64,000 bases of DNA, from NCBI GenBank assembly GCA_037379345.1, contig CM074511.1:56922862-56986861 (forward strand), read 5' to 3'. Positions within the stretch are counted from its first letter, which is position 1; each line of letters starts with the position of its first letter. The position numbers were made by a program, and so were the translations under genes. The DNA comes from Perna viridis. Its lineage: Eukaryota. The notes under the pieces are model-generated. The model worked only from the letters and a program-made list of their open reading frames with translations, was not told the origin of the DNA and ran no database searches. This document shows positions 14,929 through 28,749 of the stretch, in pieces.

Positions 14929-15300
14929 CTTATTGATATATATATATATGTGTCATTTGAATAGCAAGACCAATACTATACTAATGACGTACAATCAAAA
15001 CAATAATCTGAATGTTTATAGAATTATTACGGTGTAAAACAAACAAAACAGATTACTACAAGACCTCGTGTACATCTTCTTAATTGCTTCATTAAGTTAG
15101 AAAAGTTTCTTCTTTATTTCATAGTTATTATAGCTTATATTAATTCATAAATTAGTAATAAATAATTGATAAGAGAAAACCTTTAACTACCAAGCCATTC
15201 TATTTTCCTTCTCCTTTAGCTTCCGGTAAAAAAAAGTTTTACAACGATTCTGTTCACACACTAAAACTTATTTTAATTTTGACCTTAAAGATACTTTTAC

Positions 15301-15715
15301 CTTTTATAGGAACATGTGTTATAAGATTCAAGCACTCTGACGATTTTTCAGGTATTTCAGAAACTACAGCATAAATTTTCTGTGCCACGTGTTTAGGTAC
15401 TTGGAGAACGTATTTGGTCCAATCTATGTCTTTTTGTACACACCCATGTCCTTTTCTTAGGTATGACTTCCGGTGTCGCCACTTTCGAGAAGAGGGCGGC
15501 ATAAATTGCATGTGTCCACCTCCAACGGAAGCATATGGAATTCCATAATAGCTATAAACTGGGAGTAAACTGGTAGTATTAGAAAAAGTTCTATAATGTC
15601 CTAACACGTGAACACGTCTTTTCCTATGGTGGTAATTAATAGATGACTTGTATCCACGATAAGCCGTTCCAGGTTGCAATATCAGAAGTATCACCACTGC
15701 TTTAAGGACTGTCAT
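15301..15715 (-). CDS. Neuroligin-like variable first coding exon V2
   Basis: ATG at 15715 (MTVLKAVVILLILQPGTA, signal-like). Motifs YYGIPYAS, QFMPPS..KW, CVQ-x33-CLNL..HVP. Ends AAA G|GTAAAA. Length 415 nt = 138 codons + 1. Confidence 0.85.
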
Positions 15716-18700
15716 ATTGTAGAGTGACAATAAAAACCTAGAAGTTATTGATTAGGGATGGATTAATTCCGATGGAGATTCTTCACAAAATCAATTCACC
15801 TGTAAGACAGGAATATTTTATTCACGTCGGGTGATAATTCATCGCAAAGACTTAATTAAGTCTGTCAATACAAAAAAGCCATCCATTTACCCAAGATTCT
15901 GTTTAAAGCTTACTTTACATTCAGTATGATATGTTTAGAAGGTAATCAAAGGAACAACGGAATCACTTAACGGAGTCGACCTCTTTCCTCTAAATTGATA
16001 GCCTAACATTGAACGATTTACGTAACTTAATTGCCTCTGTTCCTGTGTTTTTGCTATGTTATAGCTTCCTATTTTCCGGGTTATAACGTTCCTTGTCGAC
16101 TGGTTTTGTTTTACTCTTAAAACAATTTCCGTAGTATAAAAGTTTTTGAAGAGTTCCATTTGCCTAATCTATATCAAGGTCTCAATATATCCAAGAACTA
16201 AAACTTACCTTGTTGACATCATTTTATACGGATCATTGTTGCGCGTACGTTTAAATTATTGTATGAAGAAATAGAGGAAAAAAATGCATACTTCTAATTC
16301 ATATTCAACTAGTCATTTCTGTTTCCTATATTAATAATAAAACATGAATGTGAAAGGTAATAACAATACAGAACTGAACAGTAAAACACAACAGTCAAAA
16401 AGAAAGTCCGTCAAATAGCCGGTTATATCAGTGTAAAATCTGGAAAGTTGGAATAAAAAACTGCATTAGTCCTCATTTAGTACGTGCATAGAAATGGTTG
16501 GAAAACCAGGTCATATAGCGGCTAAACCTCCTACCTCCATTAGAGTTAAATTATTTCAAGACAAGAGGCATAAAATTGCAAAAGTTCAAAATCAGTAGTC
16601 AAAATAGTACAGTAGATATGAACAATAAGTAAGTTAAAATAAAAAGAATTTAATACGATTAAAATTAAGCAAAATTAAGAATACAAAAAAACTTGAAAAT
16701 AAGTCTTGAAGTTTTTGGAGTAGAGACGCCAAGTTCAAGATGAAAATAATAATTAACAAACAAAACCTACAAAAAATTAATTTGTTGACAAAAGGGAAAT
16801 TCATAATCTATAATCAATAAGATTTTGATATCGGAAATAAAACTTTTTTTGGCAGTGAAGGTGACGTATTGTTATAATCTTCGACCAGAAGCCTGTCTCT
16901 CAGGCAATGATGGTGCATGAAGAAATCACAAAAGACGCTACTAGCTCTGAAATACATCAACAAATAAACAATATGATTTCCTTATGCAGGGCAAACTGGT
17001 ATATAACAAGAAAAAATATAGATATACAATTAAAATCGTCTCGTTTGTCATATATTTTTGTAATGAGACAAATGTCGTCAAATTCGAGGTAAAGGTTAAA
17101 CAAGTACATCTTTAAATAAGATAGCCGACGCAGTAAATTTTACTTCTAAGTTTCTACATTTCTTTGAAGAAATTAACACATTAGCACGCAATTCAAATTT
17201 TCGATACAGTTTTTGAACGCTATTTCAAGTTTTCGATTCCGTTCTATGAATGCCACAAAGTTATCAGTATTTGGCCAATCGGGAAACAGAATTGCGATCA
17301 GGTGACTTGCGTTTCCATAGAAGAGCGTCCTTAAGGTCAAAGGGTTTAAAATGCGAAACTTTTCCTTGTTTGCGCTCATTTTGAAGTAGATTTTTTTTCT
17401 ATATAATTGTTTCACAAATATGTATAAGATTACAATACAAGTAACTCTTATGTTTTACAAATATATAAGTGCTAAGAAATCAGGCTTAATGTTTTTTTAT
17501 AGCTTTTTATTAAGAGATGTTGACATACATTTACAGCTGCTTCATGTTACACATACATGTACCAGCACTTGAGAATCATGAACTTTGTTTCATGCTTAAA
17601 TAGTGTCCCAGCACAGAAATGATCCGTTTTACTTTTGCTTTCTTCCCACTTCATCTAGTGAAACTGCCAAGTGATAACCACTGTAAAAAAATTAAGGAAA
17701 ACATCATAACAGTGTCTGATATATGCAAAATGTTACAATGTAAATTCATGAAAATATATATGTATTGTAACCATATGATATGGAGAAACCTCCTCTTGTT
17801 GGGAAATATTGTTACATGTACATATAATTTCGAGCAAATCAGACAAAAATAAAGGTTGGGTGGTTATAACAGTCCCAGGTTTTTACTGGTTTTTAAACCA
17901 CCTGGTCAATATTCCCACAGTGATCAATACGGGTCGATTGAAATTTGGCAAACAATATTTCTGACATTATTCATAGTTTTGCCCTACATAAAAAAATGTT
18001 AATATATTATATATCTACTATATTTCAGTGTACTTATGTTTTACTCTTAAAATATCTCTATCAGCTGTATTAATTAAGAAAAAATAAACATTTCTTTTTC
18101 TAAAATAATTCATATTTATCTGAAATAACGTAACAAACTTTATAAAAATGTACAGTGTATTTCATGAGCACATCTTTGTTCCAATAACTATTAATAACAG
18201 GTAACAAAAGTAAGAGTGGAACAAGTTAATTTTCACCTGTCATTGTTAAAACAGCATCCCCTCATAACCAGATAGATCATAAAAGGTGGTTTGAAGTGAT
18301 GAGTTTAAAACAATAAATTAGTCATTTCATTTACCAGACAAAAACCTTCTAAATACAGAAAATGGAAAGCTTGTTAATGATATTGCTTTAGGGCTTCTTC
18401 CATGTATGATTTTAGCCACCTGCTGATTTATAATGATGTTTGGACCCCCATTCCAATATCTCTGGATCAATCCCTGAATGTTGATTTACTTATGAGCAAT
18501 TAATGTCACATTGTAAAGTTGAAAACAAATTAGATACATGTATTACAAATATCATAATTTCAGGTATGAAATCTTTAATTGATACTGTATTGTATATACA
18601 ACTAACCAGAGTTACACACGTACACGTTGCACATGTATTCAGCGGTGTAAATTTATTGTTCACAGACATACAAATGTAAACTTCAAATTTTGCTAAGAAA

Positions 18701-19334
18701 TATGACTACACTGTTCTACATTAGCAATAAAAACAGTATGCCTATCACCGATTTTGAAAATTTTAAATAACTGTGTACATACAAAGTGTATGAATAAATA
18801 ATGTATACTTTTAACACTTACCTAGTACATTGTACATGTAAGAATGTCCATGAAAATCAGCTCTTAGGAAAAGTCTTCTTTCAATGCACTTTCATGGACA
18901 TAGAATTTCAAACATTATTGACGGTGTTTTTCTTGTGTCATGAAAATCCTGTTTCTTACTTTATGATCTACATCATAAATAAATGTATCTGGTATATCTT
19001 GACAATGTACTAAAAAGAACCATAATGATATGGTCAGTTATGACTTACATGGATATAATACACATGTACATTGTATTACTATTTCTTTGAATTCCATACT
19101 GAATCGTACATGCCTAAATCTGTATCCCATGCAACATCAACAGGACACTCCTATATCAACTCAAGGGCCACTGGCCCACGGGGTGATATAGGTCGAGGGC
19201 TGATACTGCATATCAAACAAATTTTTGCATGTCATGTTCATTCTTTCTTGTATTTTATCAATACAAATTGTACTTCAATTAAGTTCTGTGCAAGGTGTAC
19301 CGTACATATCACATCCACAGACATATATTGCATA

Positions 19335-19572
19335 GCTTTATACACCCTTAGACCTATATTGCATACCTTATATCACACCTGTGATATGTACGGTACTTAA
19401 AATGGGTTTAGGGGTGTGGCATACAGTATGCGATATAGGTCTAAGGGTGTGATATAGAATACATTATAGGTCTACGAGTGTGTTATACAGTATGAGATAT
19501 GTCTAGTGGTGTGATATATGGTATGCAATATAGGTATATGGGTGTGATATAGGGTATGCGATAAAGGTCTAG
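19335..19572. repeat. Foldback-like repeat: about 33-bp subunits in tandem and inverted orientation
   Basis: cacccttagacctatattgcatac on the left is complementary to repeated gtatgcgatataggtctaagggtg on the right. Confidence 0.7.
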
Positions 19573-20459
19573 AGTCGGTGTGGAAGTTTGGATTTTAGGA
19601 ACATGTACAAGTGTACATGTATGTGTAGTGTCATGGCTCCTGTGTCCACTCGCGTCCCAAGGACATTACTTTATTTCACTGGATACCCCCTTTTTTGATA
19701 GTTCAAGATCACCTCCTGAATGAGATGAATATGTTACATGACTTCCTTTCATCCTTACCGTTGAAACAGAGACATTGTTTAAGTCTCTGCTTTGAAATCA
19801 TAATAATTTAACAATTCTGTTTATTTTCTATTTTAAATACTTCATTGTTTACTACATGTATGTACATGTGTGTTTACCATTTTATTTTATTTACGTACAT
19901 GTACATGTAGTAATTAACATATATGTACATAGTGCTTGCATTTTATGTACAGGAGTAAATTTCCTCGGATCAAACAAATCACACGTGAATTTTTTCAATA
20001 AAAAGGAGGGGTGTCCACCCCACGCACCCTCCCCTGGATCCGCCACTGTAATCTATATTTACTACTCAAAAAGTGTACGTTGCAGCTCCGAAAATCCGTC
20101 ATTAGAAGCTCCCGACATCTTCATTAACAGGGTCAGATCGAGAGAAATTAGATTGGCAAATCTCGATTCAGCTTTCCTCCTTGCGAATGTTCGAGTCATT
20201 TTGACAAAATAGTCCAGCTCTCTGCGTCAAAATTTAAATACATGTAATCATTGAAACATTGCAGTTCTACACATATTAAATTTATACGCCCATGTCGTAC
20301 GTAAAGTAAACATCACATATTTGACATGGAGCGGCCGAGCGATATCTTTATGCAAACTTTGCAAGAATAACCCGCGGAGTGTTATTTTAGTAGTTATGTG
20401 TGGAAATGTCTACCCTGGTTACGTAATTTGGTTGCCGACGATCAGTCTATAAATAGACT

Positions 20460-21030
20460 TCCTTGATAAAAATGGATTGTTAATGAAGAGAACACCGTCA
20501 ATACATCGATATGTGAAATTAAGAATTCTAACTTCTTTAATCATCTTGACTTTCACAAGATTTTGAAGAATTACCGATTCATATGAATAAAGGAAAGGAT
20601 TGGCTAAGAAAAGGGTCCATTTTAATGCCGATAATTTGTTAAAAAAGTGTTCCTCCAAAAGATACAAATGTGTTGTCAAGAAGAAACTCTAGCTTATGAT
20701 CATCTATTGGCCGATGTATAAACTTGAGTTTTTTTTTTTGTTTTTTTGTTTTTTTTTGTTTTTTGTTTTTGTTTTTGTTTTTGTTTTTTTTTTGGGGGGG
20801 GGTTCTGAAGTGGTAAAAGTGTAGATTTGTAGCCTGAAACAACAATTTTGTAAGAATTCTTACAAGGAAATGCTTTGTGAATGATTTTTAGACTGGTTTT
20901 TAATTTATTACAGAAGTAAGTAGTATTTGATGTTGAAAAGTCAAAAGTTTAAGTAGTATTAACATCCACAAAGGAGCAAGATATAAGATTTTATACTTTT
21001 TGAGAATCCACATATGACTAATACCACTAC
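20460..21030 (-). mobile_element. Highly decayed Penelope-like RT fragment
   Basis: SGISHMWILK, LEFLLDNTFVSFGG, LANPFLYSYE, FTYRCIDGVLFINNP. Confidence 0.7.
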
Positions 21031-21577
21031 AAGGGTAAATAGTGTAGTATTTGTGTTGTTTCTCCTTCACTTACGGTGATTAAACAGTAATGGACAGTGA
21101 AGTTAACATGTTTCTTACACAAGTGTGTCTTGTATTCTAAATTAACGTTCTGTAGGATAAAACCTTCAAGACAAAAAGCGTGAAATCATTTGATAAGCGC
21201 ATGGCTAACACACTTGAAGTGTGTCTTGCATATTTGAATAAGTTGTTATTGAATAACATGTTGATCTACATTTCAGCAGGACTATATTTTGTCACTCAGT
21301 GTATTAGATAAGCAAATTTATAAAGAGAATGTAAAAGAGTAATTGCATTTATATAACTGTCTGTTCATTAAAGTGAATCAGAAAATAATTTTCATCATGG
21401 TTGGAAAAATTAAAATTTAGTAGAAAGATTCTAGTTTATCATTGCTATATTTTTGTTGTTGTTTAACAATTGATACTAATGCCGAACCCGTGCTTAAAAA
21501 GCGATTATCTTAAGTCTCCATCATTTATTTCTGATTAAAACCTCATTCGTTGATTCCAAAGAACAATTAAACTTCTA

Positions 21578-22462
21578 CAGGTCACAACATCTTCAGTGAT
21601 AGGCAAAACCCATACCATAAAACAAGCTGTAAAAGCCCCCCCCCCCCAACAACCCCAAAAAAGGGGGGATTGGATGGATATAACTTCGAAAATACTTCAA
21701 TAACAAGACAAATAAAAAAGAAAAGAATACAATATATCAAAGAGACAACAACCCCACCTTGACTAAAATGTCAGCCCAAGGCCACCAATTGGTCTTCAAT
21801 AAACGACGAGGAAGTCATCACACCTAAGGGTAGGGAGAAGCTGGCCCCAAAGCATCATTAAGCATAGCTACAGCGAATGAGTTGCCCCTACATACTCAAG
21901 TAACATAAAAATAAACTAAAGATGAAACGAAACAAGACATACAAAGGCCATAAATTCCTGACCTGGTACAGGCGCAAAAACAAATGCGGTGGCGGGGTTA
22001 AATACTATGGCGTATTCACAACTTCCGTGTAACAACGGAAATAAAGAAACTGAATATAAATTACACAAATGTACAAACTAAGGACTACTAGCAGTTAAGT
22101 GACATGCCAGCTCAAGACCACTTTAAACTTTCAAAAAGTCATGTCCCTATCGTATGTAAAATCAATCTAATGCGGGATTGAGAATCACGGTACATCATAA
22201 GTCGTAAAATAAGGACACAATTCATGTCATGCCAGAAGATGCTTTAAAATATAATGTTTTAGTTTCTATGTATAGACCCTATACGCTAATCAATTAAACT
22301 TTTACTGGTCACCTCACAGTCTTCAATGAAAAGCAAAACCCATACCATAAAACAAACTGTAAGAGCGCCCCCTCACCCCTCCAAAAAAGAGAGGAAAATT
22401 GGATATGCCCATTAACTTCAAAAATACTTCAATAACAGGATAAATAAAAAAGGAAAAATACA
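21578..22462. repeat. Interspersed repeat bounded by about 150-bp direct repeats (21578-21730 and 22305-22462)
   Basis: gcaaaacccataccataaaacaa.ctgtaa and aaaatacttcaataaca.ga.aaataaaaaag occur in both. May be pseudo-LTR-like ends. Confidence 0.65.
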
Positions 22463-24809
22463 GGAGTGTAGGTTAACTACTTACAAATTGAAAAGTAAGG
22501 ATTATTACGAGAATATGTATGGTGACAATAGGGCATGAAAAATCCCCCTTTTATTAAGTTTACCATTATCGATATGATTACTAAGATCAAGAAACGGACA
22601 TTCTTTATTATCGATATTTGCTTAATTCAAAGACAGTTCTACAGGATATACATCTTTAGTATAAATATTGAAGTCATCATTGTTTAGATCTAGAATACCG
22701 TCCAAATATCTAAAGGTGTTATTATTTTTTTCTGGAAATTTCTTTATTTATTCTAGCCATAAATTGTGATTCGTAATAGTACAGAAAGAGGTCGGCAATA
22801 AGTAGTGCATAATTGGTCCCCATACTGCATACTCTTCTTAGAGATGAGTTGAATATATTTATTGAAATAACAAAACACCCGTATGGTATCTATCGTTAAA
22901 AAACAAATGGTCCAATCGAACTGGTACTATATTTTATCATTGAACAACATTAAAATAAACTAGAAGTCAGAGGAAGTCTTTAGGGAGTAATGATACAAGA
23001 AATTGCTGCTCCAACATACAATGCAAGCATTATCGGAAGGACATGTTTTATTGTTCATAATTGATCGTAATTGTTTTATCGTCGAAATCAACCTTTAAAT
23101 GGATCTGGAAAGTATAATGTGGAGCCTGACGGACATCCTGCTTTTCATAGCTAAGTCAAATTTAATAAATATTCTAAAAAATCAAATATAGGGCAAATAT
23201 ATTCGCTATCCGACTCAATGAATTACTTTATTATAAAAAAGTACGAGAAACACTCAAAATAACTTAGTTATCGTGTCCCGTTTTTTTCCCAGGACTTCTT
23301 TATATATACAAAGTAACAAAGTAATTTGATAATTTTCGCTGAATAGTCTTGAGGGATATCGATTATAAACTCGTATTACTGTTAAACATAAGTATATCGA
23401 TATTCTTGTAAATACTGTCAGTAGCGTTAGATGAAAGCGCAATAACTCTGATTTGGCGTCGATTATATAATACTTAGTGAAACAAACATTTTCATCTACA
23501 TTTTTTCAGACTGCAGCAACACCAAAAGTATGTTTTCTTTGCAAGATATTTTGTTTTGTTAAAGACTATCCCAAAATATTGATGGTTTAAGAATTACACC
23601 TTAATTATATATAACCATTTTGCTCAGTTAAAAATATTGTTCAATAGATAGTATAATTACAGGCCGATAATATTAATGTAATTTATTGGTATAAAGCGTC
23701 TTTTAACTATTTTTTCCAATATTTTTTACACTAAAACTGGATAATTTATATAAGAAATCATTTTTTTTATATCAAGTATATTTTTTCATACCAAATGTTG
23801 ATTATATATAAGAAAATTGATATATTTTTTTCAGAAGGTAATAAGTTTTTATCTATTAAAACAAACAAAAAAAATTATAAAAATGATAATAATAAATAAG
23901 TAAATAATCATTTTTTTATGTCAATGAATGATATCGATAATTGATTAATTTATATGAAAAAATCTTTTCTTGATATCATAATTTAAGATTGCTTTGTGAT
24001 ATTAAAATCAGTAATGAGAAAAACAACAGTGGTTCCAAAATATGTCTTCTATTCTAATACTAGAAAATGGTTCTTGTTATAACAGATATAATAATATTTT
24101 TGTAAATCAACATTCTATTTATATATAAAATACTATTTTTATTATTTGTTAAACAATTTTTTTGGCGGGAGTCCAATTTTCTCATTGTCTGCTGTCGTCA
24201 TCTCTTCCTCAAAATATGTCATAACACTGAAAAATTCAGCTCTCGCAAAAGTAAATAGAAACAAACAAAGAAATAAAAAAAAAAAACCTAAATGCAAATT
24301 ATCCAAAATAGACAAATTAACAATAAAAGCAAAACGAAATAAAATAAAGGAACAAATAAATACGAAAAACAACCAAAAGATAAACAAATATAAAACAAGA
24401 GAAAATGACTAGAAAAACATCAAATTACAAAACTAAATAGATAACTTTGTCATATTTGTCATATCTCTGAATAGAGAACCTAAATTTCTCACAACTCCAA
24501 TCAAAAAGAATAAAATGAATATATTTGATTACGACAACAATATCAAGAATATACCAGCAAACATTCTACAGACTGGGACAAACACTTCATTTATAATATC
24601 ATAATAAAACTGATCTGTATTTAGCCTTAAAACACTATCTCTGGGGATGTTTTTCCTATTTGTGAACCACATTATATTTTTCAGTATTGAACAGAGTGAA
24701 ACATTAGGTCTTGATATGGTTAGATTAAAGAATTAACCCGGATGTTATGATTTCATGTTTTTTTTCCGACCGTATATTTTTTTAGGGTTGTTAGATATGA
24801 AATAGATCT

Positions 24810-25013
24810 GACATAACTAATCGCTTTAACTGATCATCGATCACTAATCGTATAGATCACAATCGAATGAAAATAGATTAATTGGTTCTGTAAATCGAAC
24901 ACTTGTCGATCAAACTCTCAAAAGAGTTCGACTTACAGAACTAATCAAATCGATTATCATTCAATTTGTGAACGATAAGTAATCGATGATCAGTTTGATT
25001 GATAAACTATGTC
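24810..25013. repeat. Long imperfect inverted repeat (about 90-bp arms, 25-nt loop), MITE-like
   Basis: Paired blocks gacata/tatgtc, aactgatcatcgat/atcgatgatcagtt, ttctgtaaatcgaac/gttcgacttacagaa. Confidence 0.85.
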
Positions 25014-26314
25014 GAGAATAAAGTAAAAATTAGAAAATGGTAATTGGGAATGAAAATCTTGATTTATTGATCTGATGCTTGCTTAAGATTGGCGATGATG
25101 CATGCTCAAAAGCAAAAATGAAATACTATTGAATAAGGAAAAACTAGTTTTCTTTTTAACATTGATGCAATTACATTCATATTTGGTTGCACTTTCCTAT
25201 CTTTAATTCCTTAGAGGGACTATGATTGTAAAATAAAACGATACTCTTTGAAGACATTATTTTGGATAAACAACTCTTTTTGAGAAGTAATGACGTTCGA
25301 TACTTACGACATTGAAAAAAAATTATATTTTTATTTGTGATAAAAATTTGTTCATACGAATTTTCAAAAAAATCTTGTAACAGTTTTAGATCAGTTGTTA
25401 GTATCAATGAATATTAATACAAACTCTTTGTCAGTAACACATATTCATTTTTTCGACGTGTACTGCAAATTAATATTAAGTATATATCATTAATTGTACC
25501 TATTACTTTAACTGTTTTTTTAAATTAATTTAAAGTGAAAATAAAAAGGCTTTAATTGTTTATAGGTTTTCAAATATCAAACGTTCTTGAAAGGCAATAA
25601 CTCGTGCTGAAAATAACGCGAAGAACGCATTTGCATCTTAACAAATGCATATTTCAGAATTCTTCATTGATTTTTATGCTAAATGAACTAATTTTTGACT
25701 GACTCAAGGGAGTTAAACACACTATTGTTCAATTGTAACAAAATTAGATTTCACTTTCAAATCAGCGTAGTATGAGAATTTATTGCAACAGACACATTAA
25801 GAATGTTTTTTATATTGTTAGAATGGCTATTACCTAACATAAAACCGTTTTCCATCATTTATCAAATACAAAGTGTTTTGAAATAAAGTGAATTAGAAAT
25901 TCTGTTTATCTTGACTACCTGACAAATGGTTAGTTAAAACTTTCAAATTTTTGCAATTCCTGCGGAAAAAAAATAAGTAACCTCTATTACAAAGTTAATG
26001 ATGGTCAAAATGATTCTAACTTAAAGTACGTTTATCAAAGTTAAAACTGTATATGCAGATATTCAAGTATAAATATAACCCCTCTTCTGGTAAATGCCAG
26101 TATTTTCCCACAATCTACCACAAATTTAGTATGCCTGCCAATGTTCTCATGTTTTGTTAATATTAGACCTAAAAGATGTAAAATTCACAAACGTTCAACT
26201 TCCACATCGATCAAAACAGTGTTGTTTTAGCCATTAAATCAAATGAATTGAATAACATTGCTTTGAACATCACCGAGAAAAAAGTGTGACCGGAGGTAAA
26301 GTTTCGTAATGTAT

Positions 26315-26667
26315 AGAGTCCAAAGAAATTAGTGTATTCTATTTTCTATGATTTTGATTTTTTCATCTGCTTTGCATAGAGAGTTTCATTTATTGTTTGA
26401 AATAAATTGTAAATATCTTATTCAGTAAACAATTCAATCAAGATATACTCAACCCGACATATTTAGTGCTTCATGACACTATTTCGTAAAGTTTTTTAAT
26501 GGTTAGAGTCCAACGAAATTAATGCATACTTTTTTCTGATCTTGATTTTTTCATCTGCTTTTCATAGAGGGTTTCATTTATTGTTTGAAATGAATTGTAA
26601 TATCATATTCAGTGAACAATTCAATTAAGATATATTCAACCCGACATATTTAGTGCTTCGTGATACT
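26315..26667. repeat. Local tandem duplication, period about 190 bp
   Basis: agagtccaa.gaaatta...caacccgacatatttagtgcttc occurs twice. Confidence 0.9.
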
Positions 26668-26716
26668 TTTAACGTCTTGTGTGTGTACATCTACTATAGA
26701 TAAAATATACACTTAC

Positions 26717-27164
26717 CTAAAACAGGAACAAATAAGTTAATAAGAAAACATTCCTCGTATTGGTTGATCAGAAACCGAGATTTCCTTTCCATTTGTTCTA
26801 TATATAGCAATGGAAACATTTCTTTCATTTCTTTTTCATTCATGTCACGTTGAGGACATACTCCATAGCTATTATTGTAAGAGAAAATGTTCAACTGTGA
26901 CAGTGACATAGTGGGAAACATCTCGCGTGTTCTAAAACGTAAGACTTGTTCATTTGTGGCAAATTGAATGTCTTTGAACACTTGAACTTTTCGCAACTGT
27001 GAATTCCAAAACGTTTTTAACATTCCAAGTAAGTTGCCATTGTTAAGCAGATACCGACGAAGCTCGATACTTTTAAAGACTTTAGGTTTATATCCAATGT
27101 TCAGTTGAATAATAAAAAATAGAAGGAAACATAATCTCCAACTGTTCTCAAAAAGGGCCTTCAT
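26717..27164 (-). CDS. Neuroligin-like variable first coding exon V3
   Basis: ATG at 27164 (MKALFENSWRLCFLLFFIIQLNIG). Motifs NGNLLG, VQVFKDIQFA, LRF, GVCPQ...NQYEECFLINLFVP. Ends TTA G|GTAAGT. Length 448 nt = 149 codons + 1. Confidence 0.85.
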
Positions 27165-28260
27165 TGTTGAATCAAAAGAATAGGATTTCGCTCTTGTACA
27201 AAGTTTTGCGGCAATATTGATTTGATTCAGGCTAAATAACTCAGGAAATTGATGACACTTTCCTTTTTATTGAATAATTTCTGGTTTCTTACAGATCAAC
27301 AAATTGAGAAGGCGACAGGACTGTTAATCAAATAAGAGTAAAGCTTGAGGATAAACACTCGACCCCGACTGACAAAAAACAGAGGCACTTTTCCGGTTGT
27401 TGCGAAACGATTTATTTCAACATGGCACACAATATTAAGTCTGAAAACTCTTGACTTAAATTGCATGATTGTTAGAAATTTAGTTAAGATTTGGCATAGT
27501 GATGAATTCCCTTTCTTTGCTTGCAGATCGATTTTCAATATTCTCTTTCATAAATTGTTTACCCAAAACAGAAAACAAATTAGTTATTATCTGCAGTAAA
27601 TTTAACCATAACATTTCGAGAAGAAACAATGAACTAATACGATGCAAATGACTGCCAATCAAATTACTGGAAAATTGGAAGATATGAACAAATCTATCAC
27701 TGTTAAACACAGATTGTTACAGTCAATATTGACAATAATATCGATAATTAAAAGGATGGTACTTCGTGAACCCATCAGTTATTCGAGAAGTTCCCACACA
27801 TTTTCCCCTAAAAGAATAAAGGGACAGTTTGAGATAAATCTCTTAGATAAGTTTTCTGGTATTAATTGTTTCTAAACAGGTTAGAGCATATTATATTTTT
27901 AAATAATAACCAGGGCAATTGTATCTTTAACTATTTCCGAATTCAACACAGCCAACAGTTTTCCGTTTACAACATCTATTATCATTATCATCATTTCTTT
28001 TACTACATACAAAAATATCAAATTCATCTCTAAACCTAATCTACCACTAGTATTATAGCAATGGAGTATCGGTACGAAAACATTTTGGGTCAACACTAGT
28101 ACAAACTTTTAGAAAAGTAAATCATACTCTTTGAACAGGTACATGCACATTATATATGTTTTGCAATGACATCAATGTTTACTGCATACTTATTGCAGAT
28201 TTTAACTATGGTATAAACTGGTTATCAAATTTAAAAAAAAATGAAATAATTTTCTTTTCA

Positions 28261-28749
28261 TAGGCCTGCAGCACTGCTAAGCTTGGCGTAAAAGGCGACT
28301 AAATAGTGTTCAGAACCCTAGCCGTGGGCTACGACACTCTGCCCACAGAGTAACTGGGTTGTGTGCCCGTGGTGGTAGAATGGGGTACCCTGGCCTGTTA
28401 CATGCTGGGGTTGTCAGGCTATAATACGGAAAACCTGACTGCAAACCATAGTGGTGCACCGTGTTGGGAAAGACGCCACGTTCCTCGCACGTTAAAGAAC
28501 CCTGCTATGGTATTCGATAGGAGTAGGAACCTTTGCGCTCCGCCACAGGAGGCTAAATTGCCCGACCTTACCCATCCCTCCTTTTTTCTAGTGGCAATCA
28601 AAATTTCTCGACCCTATTGTCCTTGTGTCCCGTCCCATTTTTAATTTCATCATCATTTCATGTTCATCTTACCATCCACTTCATGTTCATCGCCTGAATA
28701 TAGCTGAAATATTGCTGCTCGGGCGTTAAACCCAAACAAACAAACAAAC
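28261..28749 (+). mobile_element. Second, slightly 5'-truncated copy of the same SINE-like retroposon
   Basis: Colinear with 11560-12047. TSD-like attttcttttca / attttttttca. Confidence 0.8.
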
